DNA of 59,702 nucleotides, counting the filler. It is 5 parts of 5 records of this genome, joined end to end, with 100 filler letters (N's around TTAATTAATTAA, not from the genome) between each part and the next. Parts side by side here need not be neighbours in the genome. Positions count along the whole stretch, not along the records: positions 1 to 9,296 come from SRR31147125_1654; positions 9,397 to 28,950 come from SRR31147125_1681; 3 more parts are not named here. One strand, 5' to 3'. Under the pieces are notes generated by a model. It had not been told where the DNA came from and searched no databases. It worked only from the letters and a program-made list of their open reading frames with translations. How positions within the stretch are numbered: the first letter of the stretch is position 1; each line of letters begins with the position of its first letter. Below are positions 1 through 12,108 of the stretch, piece by piece. The position numbers were made by a program, and so were the translations under genes.

Positions 1-977
1 TGGTCTTGCATTGGAGCTACCTGGGTAATTACATCAACCCAATCGGTACCTGCACCAAACGAAGCGGGATTGTCGAAAACTGCAGGTGCACCAATAGATT
101 CGCGCATGTCGTTGGTGTAATTGGCGTACTGTTCCCCGGTCATTGTTTCAATGGGGTTGTAAATCTTTTGAACACCGTAATAACCATTATAAGAAATTAC
201 GCCTTCGCCTTTTTTCCCTTTTTTAGTGGTAATAATAATAACACCGTTTGCTGCTCGCGCTCCGTAAATTGCTGCCGAGGCTGCATCTTTCAAAATATCC
301 ATCGATTCAATATCGTTTGGATTAATTGACGAAAGTGGATTGCTTTTTTCGCTGCCACCTCCCGAAATAGGAACACCATCGATAACATAAAGCGGATCAC
401 TGTTATTAAAACCACCAATACCACGAATACGAACAGAAACACCTCCGCCCGGAGTTGCACTGTTTTGCGAAACATAAACACCGGCTACTTTTCCTTGTAA
501 TCCCTGGTCGAGCGTTGCCGATGCATTTTTTGTAATGGCTTCAGCATTTACCGATGCAACCGAACCGGTAAGGTCTTTCTTTTTCATTGAGCCATAACCA
601 ATGGCAACAACTTCTTCAATTCCAATTGCATCAACTTTTAAAGTAATGTTTATAGTCGATTGCGTTCCAACTTGTTTTTCCTGCGATAACATTCCTACAA
701 ACGAAAAAACCAGGATATCATCAGACGAAACATCTTTTATTGAAAAAATACCATCAATATCAGTAACTGTTCCGCGTGCCTGTCCTTTTATAACAACGGT
801 CACTCCCGGTAGTGCCTCTCCACTATCGTCGATCACTTTTCCGCTTACATTTTGTTGCTGGTCTGATCTGGAATTCCCAATTCCCGCGTATGTAGTATTA
901 ACTATCGCCATCATGATAATTAATAGGGTAACGAGGGTCGATTTTTGAATCGTTAAGTTCATTTTTTTCCTCTTCAT
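1..977 (-). CDS. susC: SusC/RagA family TonB-dependent outer-membrane transporter, N-terminal part (runs off the window start)
   Basis: Manual translation from ATG 977, absent from the ORF track: MKRKKMNLTIQK...VSGKVIDDSGEALPGVTVVIKG...EEVVAIGYGSMKRKDLTGSVASV...PLYVIDGVP...INPNDIESMDILKDAASAAIYGARAANGVIIITTKKG. These are the carboxypeptidase-like and plug-domain signatures of SusC. Confidence 0.95.
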   Translation of the reverse strand, partial: MKRKKMNLTIQKSTLVTLLIIMMAIVNTTYAGIGNSRSDQQQNVSGKVIDDSGEALPGVTVVIKGQARGTVTDIDGIFSIKDVSSDDILVFSFVGMLSQEKQVGTQSTINITLKVDAIGIEEVVAIGYGSMKKKDLTGSVASVNAEAITKNASATLDQGLQGKVAGVYVSQNSATPGGGVSVRIRGIGGFNNSDPLYVIDGVPISGGGSEKSNPLSSINPNDIESMDILKDAASAAIYGARAANGVIIITTKKGKKGEGVISYNGYYGVQKIYNPIETMTGEQYANYTNDMRESIGAPAVFDNPASFGAGTDWVDVITQVAPMQD

Positions 978-1268
978 AAGTTTTAATTTGATTGTAAAAT
1001 TCGAACGCAAAGTATTATCCAACCTATTAAAATGAGCGAAACAAAAACATTAAAATGCTGGTTATGTGGTGTTTTAATGTTTTTTTAATGGTTTTTGTTG
1101 ATTTTGTTTTTGAAATATTACTTTTGAAGTGACTAACTAATATTGTTTTATATTGGACTGCATGGTAAAGAAATTAGGAACTGCCTAGAACAGGCAGATA
1201 ATACAATAATATGGAGAGATGTCAACGCTCCGGGGGATCCATGTAAAACATATCAAAAACAGAAAAGT

Positions 1269-2314
1269 ATGGACTTAACGAAATACAATCCCAGTTCAAA
1301 TTTTTTACTTTATAAAACGGCTAGTGGTGATGTTAGGGTTGATGTGTTGTTGCAAAATAAAACTATTTGGATGCCCCAAAAAAACATTGCTGAACTTTTC
1401 GGGGTAGGAATTCCTGCAATTTCAAAACATCTTAAAAATATTTTTGAAAACGAAGAGCTGGAGGAAAAAGTGGTTGTTTCCATTATGGAAATAACCACTA
1501 AACACGGTGCTATTACTGGAAAAGAGCAAACAAAACCTACAAAATTTTATAATCTTGATGCAATAATTGCCGTTGGTTATCGTGTTAATTCAAACAGGGC
1601 TACTCAGTTTCGGATTTGGGCAACAAAAATACTTCAAGAGCATATTATTAAAGGTTATACTATGGATGTGGAAAGATTAAAAAATCCACAACCAATTTTT
1701 GGAGAAGACTATTTTAAAGAGCAGCTCGAAAAAATACGCGATATACGCAGTAGCGAACGGCGCTTTTACCAGCAAATTACTGACATTTACGCTGAGTGTA
1801 GTATTGATTACGATGTAAATTCAGAAACAACCCGGAAATTTTTTGCTACTGTTCAAAATAAATTGCATTGGGCAATTACGGGCAAAACTGCCGCTGAAAT
1901 TATTGTTAACCGAGCAGACTATAAAAAAGATAAAATGGGTTTGACTTATGGAAAAATTCTCCGGATGGAAAAATTCGCAGATCTGATTTTGTTATTGCCA
2001 AAAATTATTTAAGTGAAAAAGAGCTAAAACCACTAAACCGAATTGTTACAATGTACCTTAATTATGCCGAAGATCAGGCAGAACAGGGAAATGTAATGAA
2101 AATGGAGGATTGGGTGGATAAGTTGGATGCTTTTTTACAGTTTAACCAAAAAGAAATATTAAATGATGCTGGCAAAGTAACGGCAGCAATAGCTAAATCT
2201 TTTGCCGAAGCCGAATACGACAAATATCGCATTGTGCAAGACCAACTTTTTGAGAGTGATTTTGATAAAATAATAAAGAGACAACTCTCTCAAAAACGGA
2301 AGGACATAAAGTAA
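1269..2314 (+). CDS. rhuM: Virulence RhuM family protein (one frameshift near 1947, probably a sequencing error)
   Basis: FLLYKT...TIWMPQKNIAELFGV...YNLDAIIAVGYRVNSNRATQFRIWAT...IRDIRSSERRFYQQITDIY...FFATVQNKLHWAITGKTAAEII. It continues in another frame as WKNSPDGKIRRSDFVIAKNYLSEKE...MYLNYAEDQA and joins ORF 2051-2314. Confidence 0.85.
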
Positions 2315-2423
2315 AACTTTTAAGAAAAGAAACAACATCCCCAAAGACGATGGGTTAGAGTAAAATTAGTTGTAAAAAAATCTTTCAACTGCCGATAATA
2401 TAACGTAATATAAGCGATTTGTT

Positions 2424-4902
2424 ATGAAAATAGCTCAAATAAAAGAAGTTATCTTGTGCTTTATTTTAGGAATTACACAAATTCAACTTTCTTATTCCCA
2501 AACCACAGAATCATCAGCTTCTGTTCATGCTATTCTGAATTTATCTCATTCTTTGCAAAACGAATCGGGCAGTTTCGATTCTTTTAATAAAGCAATGGAG
2601 CATAAATTGTGGGGAGTTCTGCTTGAAATTGAAAATAAGGATAATGAATTAGTAGTTCCTGTTTCTGGAAGTGAAAAAATTCTATTTCATTCTGTTCTCA
2701 ACCAGATAGCAAACCTTAGAGAATCTGCGCGTTTCGAATCTCCAATAATCATTCGCTTTGATGGTAATTCAACAGAAATCCAACAAAAAATATACGAGAC
2801 AAACCTGGAACAGGAACTATCAATTCGGGATAGTATTCTTTCGCCTGAAAAATATTTTTTATTGGTTCACCGAACAGCAAATGAAGATGGTTTTCAGAAT
2901 ATAAAACTGAACGAAATTAAATTTGTAGAGAGGGGCAGATTAATTGAGAACGATAGTACCATTTATGCCAATGGTAACAAAAAAGGTTTATTTATTTCTT
3001 CTCTTTTTGAAGATGAAGAGAATATTCGATATGGAAACGAAGCAGAGATTTTAAGGATTTATGTGAATATCTGGAATAACCATGGTTTGCCACCGGTATT
3101 TGTAGAAGTGAATAGCTATAAAAAGAGTTTAGATGCAATTATAAATGCATTGGCAAATTTTCCTAGAATTAGTGGTCGCGTAGAATTGTCGGAAACCAAT
3201 GTTGGTGGCGTGGGATGGAAAGAGCACCCCAATATGAAAACGGTTGGAAATTATTGTTTCCCTGTAATAAATACCAGCAATAAAACGCTCACGCCAGTAA
3301 AACCTGGATTTAAGTTTATACCCGAAAAAGTGGATTTTAAGGATGGTAAACATGTAATGGAACAAGATTTTAAGCAGTTACCACTGGTCATTCACGAAAA
3401 CCTAATGGGCTATTACCCTTTTAATAACAATATTAAAGATATTACCGGTAAAAACAGTGCGAAGCGTTTAATTGGTGCAAAATTTAAAAAAGGAGATTCC
3501 ATTGCCGACAGCCATCTTTTATTGATTAGAGGAGATTTTGTGGAGCTGTCTGATACCAAAAATTTCAAACTAAAAAATAGTAGTTTAACCATTTCTGTTT
3601 GGGTAAAAGTTGAAGATTACCACAGCGATTATTTGGCAATTCTATGTAGTTCTGAACGGGTTTTCAGAAAAGGTCTACAACTGGCGCTCCGGAATGAGAA
3701 ACCTTATTTTGGCTTTTGGAATCTTGATTTGGCTGGCAATACACGGATAAAACCCGGAACTCAATCATATTGTAGGAACTTACAATTTTGATAATAAAGA
3801 AATGTCGTTGTATGTTAATGGTAAGCTCGACACCAGGATGGGGGATATTTATTCGTTTATTGGCAACGGTCAAATATTTGTTGGGCGTGCTTCTGATGGT
3901 CACGAGTTTAATGGGAGTGTGGATGAACTTATGATTTGGAACCGTGCTTTGGGCGATAAAGAAATTGAGTTTTTATTCCAGAACAAGGAAATTTCGGTTC
4001 CTGTTTCTCCCAAAAGTTATCAGAATATTTATATCGGTATTTTGGTATTAGCGGCTGTACTTTTCATTGGAATTATTTTAATTCGGAGGAGAAAAAGACA
4101 ACTAACAACCGTTCCAAATTCTCAGGTGGATAAGAAAATAAAAGATGCCAGTGTTAAGGTTAAAGCTGGCGAATCATCAAGCAAATCGAAATTGATTGCC
4201 AATCAAATCAATATCTTTTTATTTGGTGTATTTCGTTTTTACAATAATAAGGGTGAAAACATAACACATTTATTTACCCCCAAAATCAGGGATATTTTCA
4301 TTCTCATTTTAATTTATTCCATTCGCGAAGAAAAGGGAATTCAATCGCGGAAACTATCGGAACTGCTCTGGCCCGACTTAACCGAAATGAATGCCATGAA
4401 CAATAAACGCGTAAATATTAACCGTTTAAAAAATGTTATTCAGGAAATAGAAGGAATTGAATTAATCGTTGAAAAGAAATTTTATAAAATTGAGTTAACA
4501 GCATCGGCTTTTTGTGATTACTGGCAATTAATTAAGTTTGAAGAAACAGGTGAATACAATAAAAAAGCATTCGATATTTTATTACGTGGAAAGTTTTTAG
4601 AATCAGTTAACCAGCTTTGGGCAGATAAATTGAAGAGTAGCTTTTTAGATTCACATTTCGACGAAATAATTAAGGTTACAGACGACAGTTCAATTGAAGA
4701 AGAAATGCGATATAAAGCTGCTGAGGTAATTCTACTTAACGATCCGGTAAATGAAACTGCGATAAAAGCTAAATTGCAACTTCTGAAAAACCAGGGGAAA
4801 ATGAACCTGGCAAAAAATGAGTTTGAAACTTTCTGTAAGGAATATAAAAGTTATTATAACGAGGATTTTGCAAAGAGTTTTAATGAGTTGGTAATGAAAT
4901 GA
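2424..4902 (+). CDS. Membrane-spanning one-component regulator: signal peptide, periplasmic region with LamG/concanavalin-like domain, one TM helix, cytoplasmic winged-helix/TPR-like (SARP-like) region (frameshift near 3760)
   Basis: The LamG motifs YYPFNNNIKD...LTISVWVK...(frameshift) NHIVGTYNFDNKEMSLYVNGKL...FNGSVDELMIWNRAL span ORFs 2424-3791 and 3802-4902. Then TM IYIGILVLAAVLFIGIILIRRRK and C-terminal IFLFGVF...FTPKIRDIFILIL...LSELLWPD...NKRVNINRLK...DPVNETAIKAK. Confidence 0.75.
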
Positions 4903-5082
4903 TTGATGAGTGTAAATCTATAGATTACATATTTCCTAAAATGGTATAAGAGGAAGATTAATTTGGATTTTTCAAATTACAATTATTGAAACTTGATAAA
5001 AATATTTAAAAGAATTGATTAAGTTTGTTAAAATATTCGCATGGCTTCAATGTCATTTAAATTCAACCTAAATCAATTAAAT

Positions 5083-6657
5083 ATGAACTCATTACTTATT
5101 CCGAGATTATTTTTACTGGCTTTTGTACTTGGAATTTCATCGCAACTTGATGCCGCAGAATTGTTGCCAAAAAAGAAAGTTATACAACCCAATATTGTAA
5201 TAATTTATGGCGACGATGTGGGGTATAGTGATGTGGGTGTTTACGGTTCTAAATTAATTCCAACCCCCAACATAGACCGTTTGGCAAGTGAAGGTTTAAT
5301 GTTTACCGATGGACATTGTGTGGCTTCAACATGCACTCCATCGCGTTTTTCGCTTTTAACCGGCGTTTACGGTTTTAGGTACAATGCTAATGTGTTGCCG
5401 CCCAATGCCCCCTTAATTATTCCTACTGATATTATGACTTTGCCTAAAATGCTAAAAAAAGCTGGTTACAAAACTGGTGTTATTGGGAAATGGCATCTTG
5501 GTATTGGGCAGGAAGGTGTTAATACAGACTGGAATGGCGAAGTTAAGCCCGGACCTCTTGAAATTGGCTTTGATTATTCATTTTTACTTCCGTCGACCAA
5601 CGACCGTGTACCATGTGTTTATTTAGATGGGCACAGGGTTGTTAATCTGGATAAAAACGATCCTCTTTATGTTGGCAAAAAGGAGTACGTAACTGGTAAA
5701 AAAAGAAGTACACAATATCCTGATGGTAAGGAAAACCGGGAGGCGATGACTTATTATAAAAGTTCACACGGGCATAATAATTCTGTTATAAATGGGATTG
5801 GACGAATTGGATACATGGCGGGAGGTAAATCGGCCTTATGGAATGATGAAACAATGGCTGATACTTTTGTTGAAAAGGCAGCAGCCTATATTAAAAGTAA
5901 TAAAAACAAACCTTTTTTCCTTTATTACGCCTCTCAAGATATTCATGTTCCGCGAACACCGCATCCTCGTTTCCAGGGAAAAACGACATTAGGTTATCGT
6001 GGCGATGCAATGGTACAATTCGACTGGGTAACCGGTGAGATTCTAAAAGCGCTGGAAGAGAACGGATTAAGCGAAAATACGATTGTGATTTTTTCTAGTG
6101 ACAATGGTCCTGTTTATGACGATGGTTACGAAGATGGAACAACCGTACCAACATCAACCAAAGAGGTAGATAATGGACACGATGCCAGTGGTATTTATCG
6201 GGGAGGAAAATATCAAATTTACGAAGGAGGAACGCGGGTGCCATTTATAATAAAATGGCCTGCAAAAATAAAACCCGGAGTTTCTAAGGCTTTGGTTAAC
6301 CAGGTAGACTTTCTTAGTTCGTTTGCAAACCTGTTAGATATTAATTTAGCAGATGATGAGGGAATTGATAGTAGAAATACTTTGGAAGCTTATTTAGGAA
6401 AATCAGAAAATGGCTTACCGTCAATGATTGAAGAAGCAACAAAGTCGAGGGCAATAAGACGCGGAGAATGGAAATTTATCCCGGGACAACCTAAAAATTG
6501 GCTAGCTCCAAAAACCGATGAGCTTTATAATTTAACTCAAGATCCAGGCGAGCAGAACAATGTTGTTGAAAAATACCCTGATATTGCTAAATCGATGTCA
6601 AAAGAACTAGACGAATTATTGAATGGAACTTCAATACGCAAAGAAAGTACTAAATAG
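5083..6657 (+). CDS. Arylsulfatase (formylglycine-dependent S1 sulfatase), secreted
   Basis: Signal peptide; PNIVIIYGDDVGY; catalytic CTPSRFSLLTG (CxPxR); GYKTGVIGKWHLG; FSSDNG; YEGGTRVPFI; ELYNLTQDPGE. Confidence 0.95.
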   Translation: MNSLLIPRLFLLAFVLGISSQLDAAELLPKKKVIQPNIVIIYGDDVGYSDVGVYGSKLIPTPNIDRLASEGLMFTDGHCVASTCTPSRFSLLTGVYGFRYNANVLPPNAPLIIPTDIMTLPKMLKKAGYKTGVIGKWHLGIGQEGVNTDWNGEVKPGPLEIGFDYSFLLPSTNDRVPCVYLDGHRVVNLDKNDPLYVGKKEYVTGKKRSTQYPDGKENREAMTYYKSSHGHNNSVINGIGRIGYMAGGKSALWNDETMADTFVEKAAAYIKSNKNKPFFLYYASQDIHVPRTPHPRFQGKTTLGYRGDAMVQFDWVTGEILKALEENGLSENTIVIFSSDNGPVYDDGYEDGTTVPTSTKEVDNGHDASGIYRGGKYQIYEGGTRVPFIIKWPAKIKPGVSKALVNQVDFLSSFANLLDINLADDEGIDSRNTLEAYLGKSENGLPSMIEEATKSRAIRRGEWKFIPGQPKNWLAPKTDELYNLTQDPGEQNNVVEKYPDIAKSMSKELDELLNGTSIRKESTK

Positions 6658-6695
6658 AAATAACTGTTATTAAATTGTGGTTCTGTAAAATATCG

Positions 6696-9296
6696 ATGTT
6701 TAGAGCCGTATCTATATTGTTTTTAATGATAAGCTCATTCTGCATTTTTGGGAATGAGCTTATTAACATTAAAAAAGTTACTTACCAGCAAGGACTGTCC
6801 GAAAATACGGTTATGGATATTGCCCAAGATTCGCTTGGATATATATGGGTTGGTACCCGGGAAGGGCTAAACCGTTACGATGGTTATTTGTGTAAGAATT
6901 ATTTTGCAACAGAAGGAAAAGCAGGTAGTCTTAGTTCAAGTTCAATTCAAAAAATATTTGTCGATACTAATTCTACCATTTGGGTAAGAACTTCGGCCGG
7001 TGTAGATGTTTATAAACCGGAAACTGATTCGTTTGAAGAATTAATATTAACCATTGATGGAGAAGAAGTTAATAGGATAAACGATGTGGCAGAAGCTGCC
7101 AGCATAAAGTGGCTCAGCACGCCCAGTTGTGTGTTGGGGCTTAATTCGAAAAACAATAATGTTGAGGTTAAAATAGGCGATATAAAATCATCGAACCTAT
7201 TATGTAATCAAGGCAATGAAAAGTTATGGATTTCAACAGGGGAGCGCCTGTATTTATTAGACGCGGCTTCTCAAAAAATTATAGATGAGATTGATTTGCC
7301 TTTTAGTGGCCAAACTGCAGAAATGGTTTGGTTTAGAGATTTACTTTGGGTTTCCTCCAGCAACGGTTTGTGGATTTACAATGGTACAAATTGGTTTCCT
7401 TTTAAACATTTAGCAAATAGATGGAATGCAGAGCCTTCAAATCAGATAGAAAGAGTAGATGAGGTGCTTATTACTTCGATGGTGAAAAGGGATGGGAAGC
7501 TATGGATTTCTACCGATGGGAACGGAGTTTTTGTCCTCGATTTTAAGAATGGACTTAGCATTAATAATATAAAAGTTAATTCGTCGGAAACTTCTATTTC
7601 TACAAATGCTGTTAGATGTCTGTTTGCCGATATGGATAAAAATATGTGGATTGGCACAGTTCATAACGGATTAAACCTAATTCCGTACCGGCAGAAACAA
7701 TTTAATTCGTTGAAATATACAGGCGAAAATCCGGGCTCTCCCAATGGCAATTTTTCCAATTTTCTTGAAGATAAAAGTAACCAGCTTTGGGCTGCCACTT
7801 TTGACGGGTTATGTAAGCTGAACCAAAATTCGCTAACGATTGAAAAATTTGTTGCCAAAGGAACGATTATTAATACAATTACCATTGATTGGGATGGAGA
7901 TATTTTTTTAGGAACTTATAATAAGGGACTTTTAATATATAACCCGGGTACCGATGCAATTCGGAAAGTAAACTCAGAAAACTACAATCTGAATGTTAGT
8001 ATGAATGCTTTGCTTACCGATTATAAAGGTGATGTGTGGATTGGAGCCAATTCTTTATATAGGTTTAATAAACAAACCAATACATTAGAAGATATTGGCC
8101 AGGGGCGGTTTAATGCGATAATTAGTTTACTGGAAGACAGAAATGAAAATATTTGGATTGGTACTGTAAACGGTTTGTTTTTATTAAATCCGGAAACAAA
8201 CGAGGCTGTACGATATTCTCCTGAGAAAGGGCCTTTGTATAAAATATCCAGTAATTGGGTAAACTGTTTATTTGAAGACAGCAAAGGGAATATTTGGATT
8301 GGCACAAACGGAGGAGGATTAAATCGAATTCAGCCTGATACGCACGAAATTACTGTTTTTAATAATGATGAAACAGTTACCAGTAATGTTGTACATGGTA
8401 TTGCAGAAGATAAACAAGGGATTATTTGGTTTACTACAAATAGTGGTTTGGTTTGCCTTAATCCTGAATTGGAAGAACAGGAAAGTTATGATTTTACCGA
8501 CGGTTTGCTGAATAGCCAGTATATCGATGAATCTATGTTTTTATCTTCTTCCGGAAAAATGTTTTGTGGTGGCGAAAAAGGCATTGATTTCTTTTATCCC
8601 GGAAATATTCAGAAAAATCCATATCCACCGCGTGTAAATATTAGTGGTAATTTTATTGAGTCGCCAACCGAAAGCAATTTTGTAGAAAGGGAAAACCTCC
8701 AAAGAAATTTGAATAATAGCGATGTCCTTACCTTTAAATACAGTCAGTCGTATTTTGGTTTTGAATTTACCGGAATTGATTTTGCCAATCCGCAAAAAAT
8801 AAAATATGCATACCAACTGGAAGGTTTTAATACCGACTGGATTTATGTAAACGAACAACGTACAGTGAATTACGGTCATATTCCTCCGGGTAACTACACC
8901 TTTAAAGCTAAAGCTGCCAACAGCGATGGAGTTTGGAGCAAACCTTCTTCAGTTCGTGTGCTTGTAAAGCCGCCTTTTTCTCGAACTCCGCTTGCATTCG
9001 CTATCTATGTTTTTATTCTTGTGTTAGTGCTGGTTGTTACCTATCGTTATTTGTTAGAACAGAAATTGTTAAAAAATAAATTGCAGTTCGAATCGCTCGA
9101 ACGGAAAAGAATTGAAGAGTTAAACCAGTTAAAATTGAGGTTGTTTACGCATATTTCACACGAGTTCCGTACACCGCTTTCATTAATTATTTCTCCTGTC
9201 CAGGAAGTTAATAAAACGATTTAAAACATCGGAAAAGGAAGTTAAGGAACTTGAAATTATACAGAATAATGCACAGAAACTTCAAATGTTGGTAAA
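6696..9296 (+). CDS. Hybrid two-component sensor kinase (beta-propeller repeats, Y_Y_Y, TM, HisKA), truncated by the contig end; frameshift near 9206
   Basis: Repeated (E/Q)DxxGxIWIGT propeller blades; YAYQLEGFNTDW...IPPGNYTFKAKAANSDGVWS; TM helix; H-box ISHEFRTPLSLI. It continues in a shifted frame as ELEIIQNNAQKLQMLV. Confidence 0.92.
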
Positions 9297-9396
9297 NNNN
9301 NNNNNNNNNNNNNNNNNNNNNNNNNNNNNNNNNNNNNNNNTTAATTAATTAANNNNNNNNNNNNNNNNNNNNNNNNNNNNNNNNNNNNNNNNNNNN
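9297..9396. other. Artificial contig linker (N44-TTAATTAATTAA-N44)
   Basis: N runs flank a 12-mer that has stop codons in all six frames; gene content changes across it. Confidence 0.99.
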
Positions 9397-10500
9397 TTTT
9401 TTATCCCGTGCAACAGATGGCTTTTCTCTCACCTCTTGCTTATTTAAAGAAACTTTTTCCTGGTTTATCTTATCATTTAGGGACTTGTCTTTTTTAGTAC
9501 GATGAGTATCATTACCAGGATATGCCGTTTTCTTTTTGGGAACTGACAAATCAGAGTCACGACCAAACACGGCCTTTTCGGTATGAGCTACCTCAAATAC
9601 ATATCGATACCCGACCGGCTTTTTCAGTTCATTTTGAAAAGGAATAACGCGCAAATTAACTGGCATAGAAAGGCCATTTGATTTCTTTAAAATACACGGA
9701 AAACAATTAACCTCACCCGATTCCGTTATATTATCACGAATTTTTCTCCGCAAGTCCCGATTTAAAACAAAAAGTTGTAATACATTCAAGCCAATCAACT
9801 CTTCCGGGTGCTTACAATCCAGTGCGGCAACAGCATTCATATCACAATCAATAATATCACCTGCTCTTGTACTCAACAAGCTACATTCACGCGGAGATCG
9901 AACCGGCTCCACCTTGACAATATCTTTATCCTGCCGGCCTTGCGTTGTCGACAGCGGACTCAATTGTTCGTAACCAGAATCAAGCAACATATGAATAATT
10001 GACTGAAATTGGGTTGCAGTAGTAATAATAGAGTCGTTGCTCGAGAGGGAATGATAATCCAATATGGATTGAAGAAATTCTTCGTCGTTGGGTATTTCAT
10101 TAAACTTTTGTGTAATCCGTACGAGAGAATGTACTTCAACATCCTTTTGAAGCTGAATCAGGGATACACTACCAAGTATTTTACCTTGAAAAATGATGGG
10201 CGAGATAATCCGCGTAATGGCTCCATCCAGAAACCTGGCTAATACGGGTTTCCCATCTAACAAACCATATCTTGAAACATTTATTTTATCATTTAAAATT
10301 ATTTTCAACAGATCTCGAAAGCTCGTACGGATCTCCGCAGGTGCAGCTATATAATCGGAAATTTTCGTCAGCGGAAAACCTTGTTCGTCCAGAATCACAA
10401 CGCCAATAGTATGTTTTTCAGCGAAAGATTGCTGTACTTGCTGTAAAATTTCAGATTCAACAAGAGTGAATATATTTAATGTTTTAACTTCCAAATTCAC
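9397..10500 (-). CDS. PocR-like sensor plus PAS domain signalling protein, N-terminal part (truncated by the contig end)
   Basis: LQQVQQSFAEKHTIGVVILDEQGFPLT...ISPIIFQGKILGSV (PocR-like); GDIIDCDMNAVAALDCKHPEELIGLNVLQLF...LKKSNGLSMPV (PAS-like). Confidence 0.6.
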
Positions 10501-10595
10501 TGATCCTATATAGCATAACCCTTGATTATTATAGATTCAAGAACGATGAGTTGTTCTTTTCATACTTTTGAATACTTTTTTTCTAACCGCTTTAA

Positions 10596-12019
10596 CTAAT
10601 CAATTACAAAATCAATCATCTCTTCTATGGCTTCCTGACAAACAGGACAAAACTCGACAAGACTTTTTGAAAACATCCGGCAATCAAGATATGGACGATA
10701 CATACCTTCTGAAACGTAACCAGCACCTTCGAAACATCCAACCTGACCAGCATATTTCTCAGTTTCCAGGAGGTTGTGCCGACGTTCTTCGATTGATTTG
10801 TACATCTGCTCACTATCCCCCTCAGACCAATTCACCTTCCTAGCTGCTACATCAAGTGAATCATACGTCGCTTTGCGCCAACTCGTCGGAATGGGAGTTC
10901 CATCCTGAATATGATGAGCCCATTTCACATGATCTTTATCCAGTAATGCAGTAATATTCGGTTCCCACGGTTCGACATTCTCAGGATAAAAATCGTTGTA
11001 AGCTACAGATGAGGAGTAATACTCATCAGCCAATCCGGCAAAGGAATGACCAAATTCATGCACAAAGACATAATCTGACCACCATATCGGCTTTGGGCTT
11101 TCCGCACCCGTAAAACAGGTGGCATATAAATTATAAATCCCCCGCCACCATACCGCGGAGAATTTATCAGTATATAGATATAATCATATGGAACAAGCGA
11201 TGCAATATCCCGAACTGATTTATTGTCCAGGGTGAGCACATATCTTGGAGAACCAAGAGAATTATAACTGGCACTCAACGCTGTAGTTCTCCACTTGTCC
11301 CTGGTTGGTTCATCAATACCGCTATCTTTTGAAATCGCCTCTACTACCCAAACGTTAAAATCCTTCTTTCGCTTGTGAAATGGTTGGGCGCGAAACAGAA
11401 CAGATACATAATGTTCCACATCCTTAAAAAACTTTTTACGGTCTTTTTTACTGTAACCATCACCAATAATGACTATATCAACCTTTTCCGCAGGATCTCC
11501 GTTCTTTAGGAACTCTTTCGTTTTAAAGGAATATTTCCTGCTCTCTCTATTAATCTCAAAAGAGTCGGGATTAATAATTCTGGAATAAAGATCGACAAAC
11601 TGGTTTTGTTTATCACGTTTGGCCAGAATCAATTTGACGGCTCGCCTTGGAAACGGAAACCGAACCGTCTCATGCATTGTACAAAATTCTCCATCTACCG
11701 CGGCATCCGTCGTTTGCCATTCATGAAAAATCGTACTAAAAGTGCGGGAATAAACAAGTTCGTTCGATTGCACATCATGGACTTTAACCAGATATTGACC
11801 CAAGTTTAAAGTATCCAATAAAGCATGTTTGCTTCCCGGCCACGGGCCTTCCTCATAGATCTGATCGATACTAAAATATTCTGTATTTGATGTTCCTGAA
11901 TGGAAAAAATCGACACGGAGGGTATTTAAACCAAAAAAGTTGCTATACTGCGCAAATAACACAAGCGGATTTGATAGTAACAGTAACATCAAAAGTACTT
12001 GACGGTTGCTTTGCATCAT
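10596..12019 (-). CDS. Peptidase M64 (IgA peptidase) family protein (frameshift in G-run near 11140)
   Basis: TLRVDFFHSG...NGDPAEKVDIVIIGDGY...YGGGG(I)YNLYAT...VFVHEFGHSFAGLADEYY (zincin motif)...EGAGYVSEGMYRPYLDCRM...FCPVCQEAI. Confidence 0.9.
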
Positions 12020-12108
12020 TTGTTGCTAACCCTTATTTTTAAATGTACCTAAAAATGCAAAATCTGCGGATTATTTTCTTACTTATCTTTACTTTTTTTC
12101 ACATATTT

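Noticed and set aside
1-948. Plus-strand ORFs 6-329 and 601-948 and minus-strand ORF 290-481
   Set aside because: They are antisense or off-frame shadows of the susC gene on the minus strand.
6800-8500. Recurrent TGGATTGG-like motifs as a DNA repeat array or CRISPR
   Set aside because: They encode the WIGT blades of the sensor beta-propeller. I saw no constant repeat-spacer structure and no cas genes anywhere in the window.
9341-9352. TTAATTAATTAA as a biological repeat, recurring four times
   Set aside because: It is always centred in 44+44 N and provides stops in all six frames, so it is an assembly spacer.
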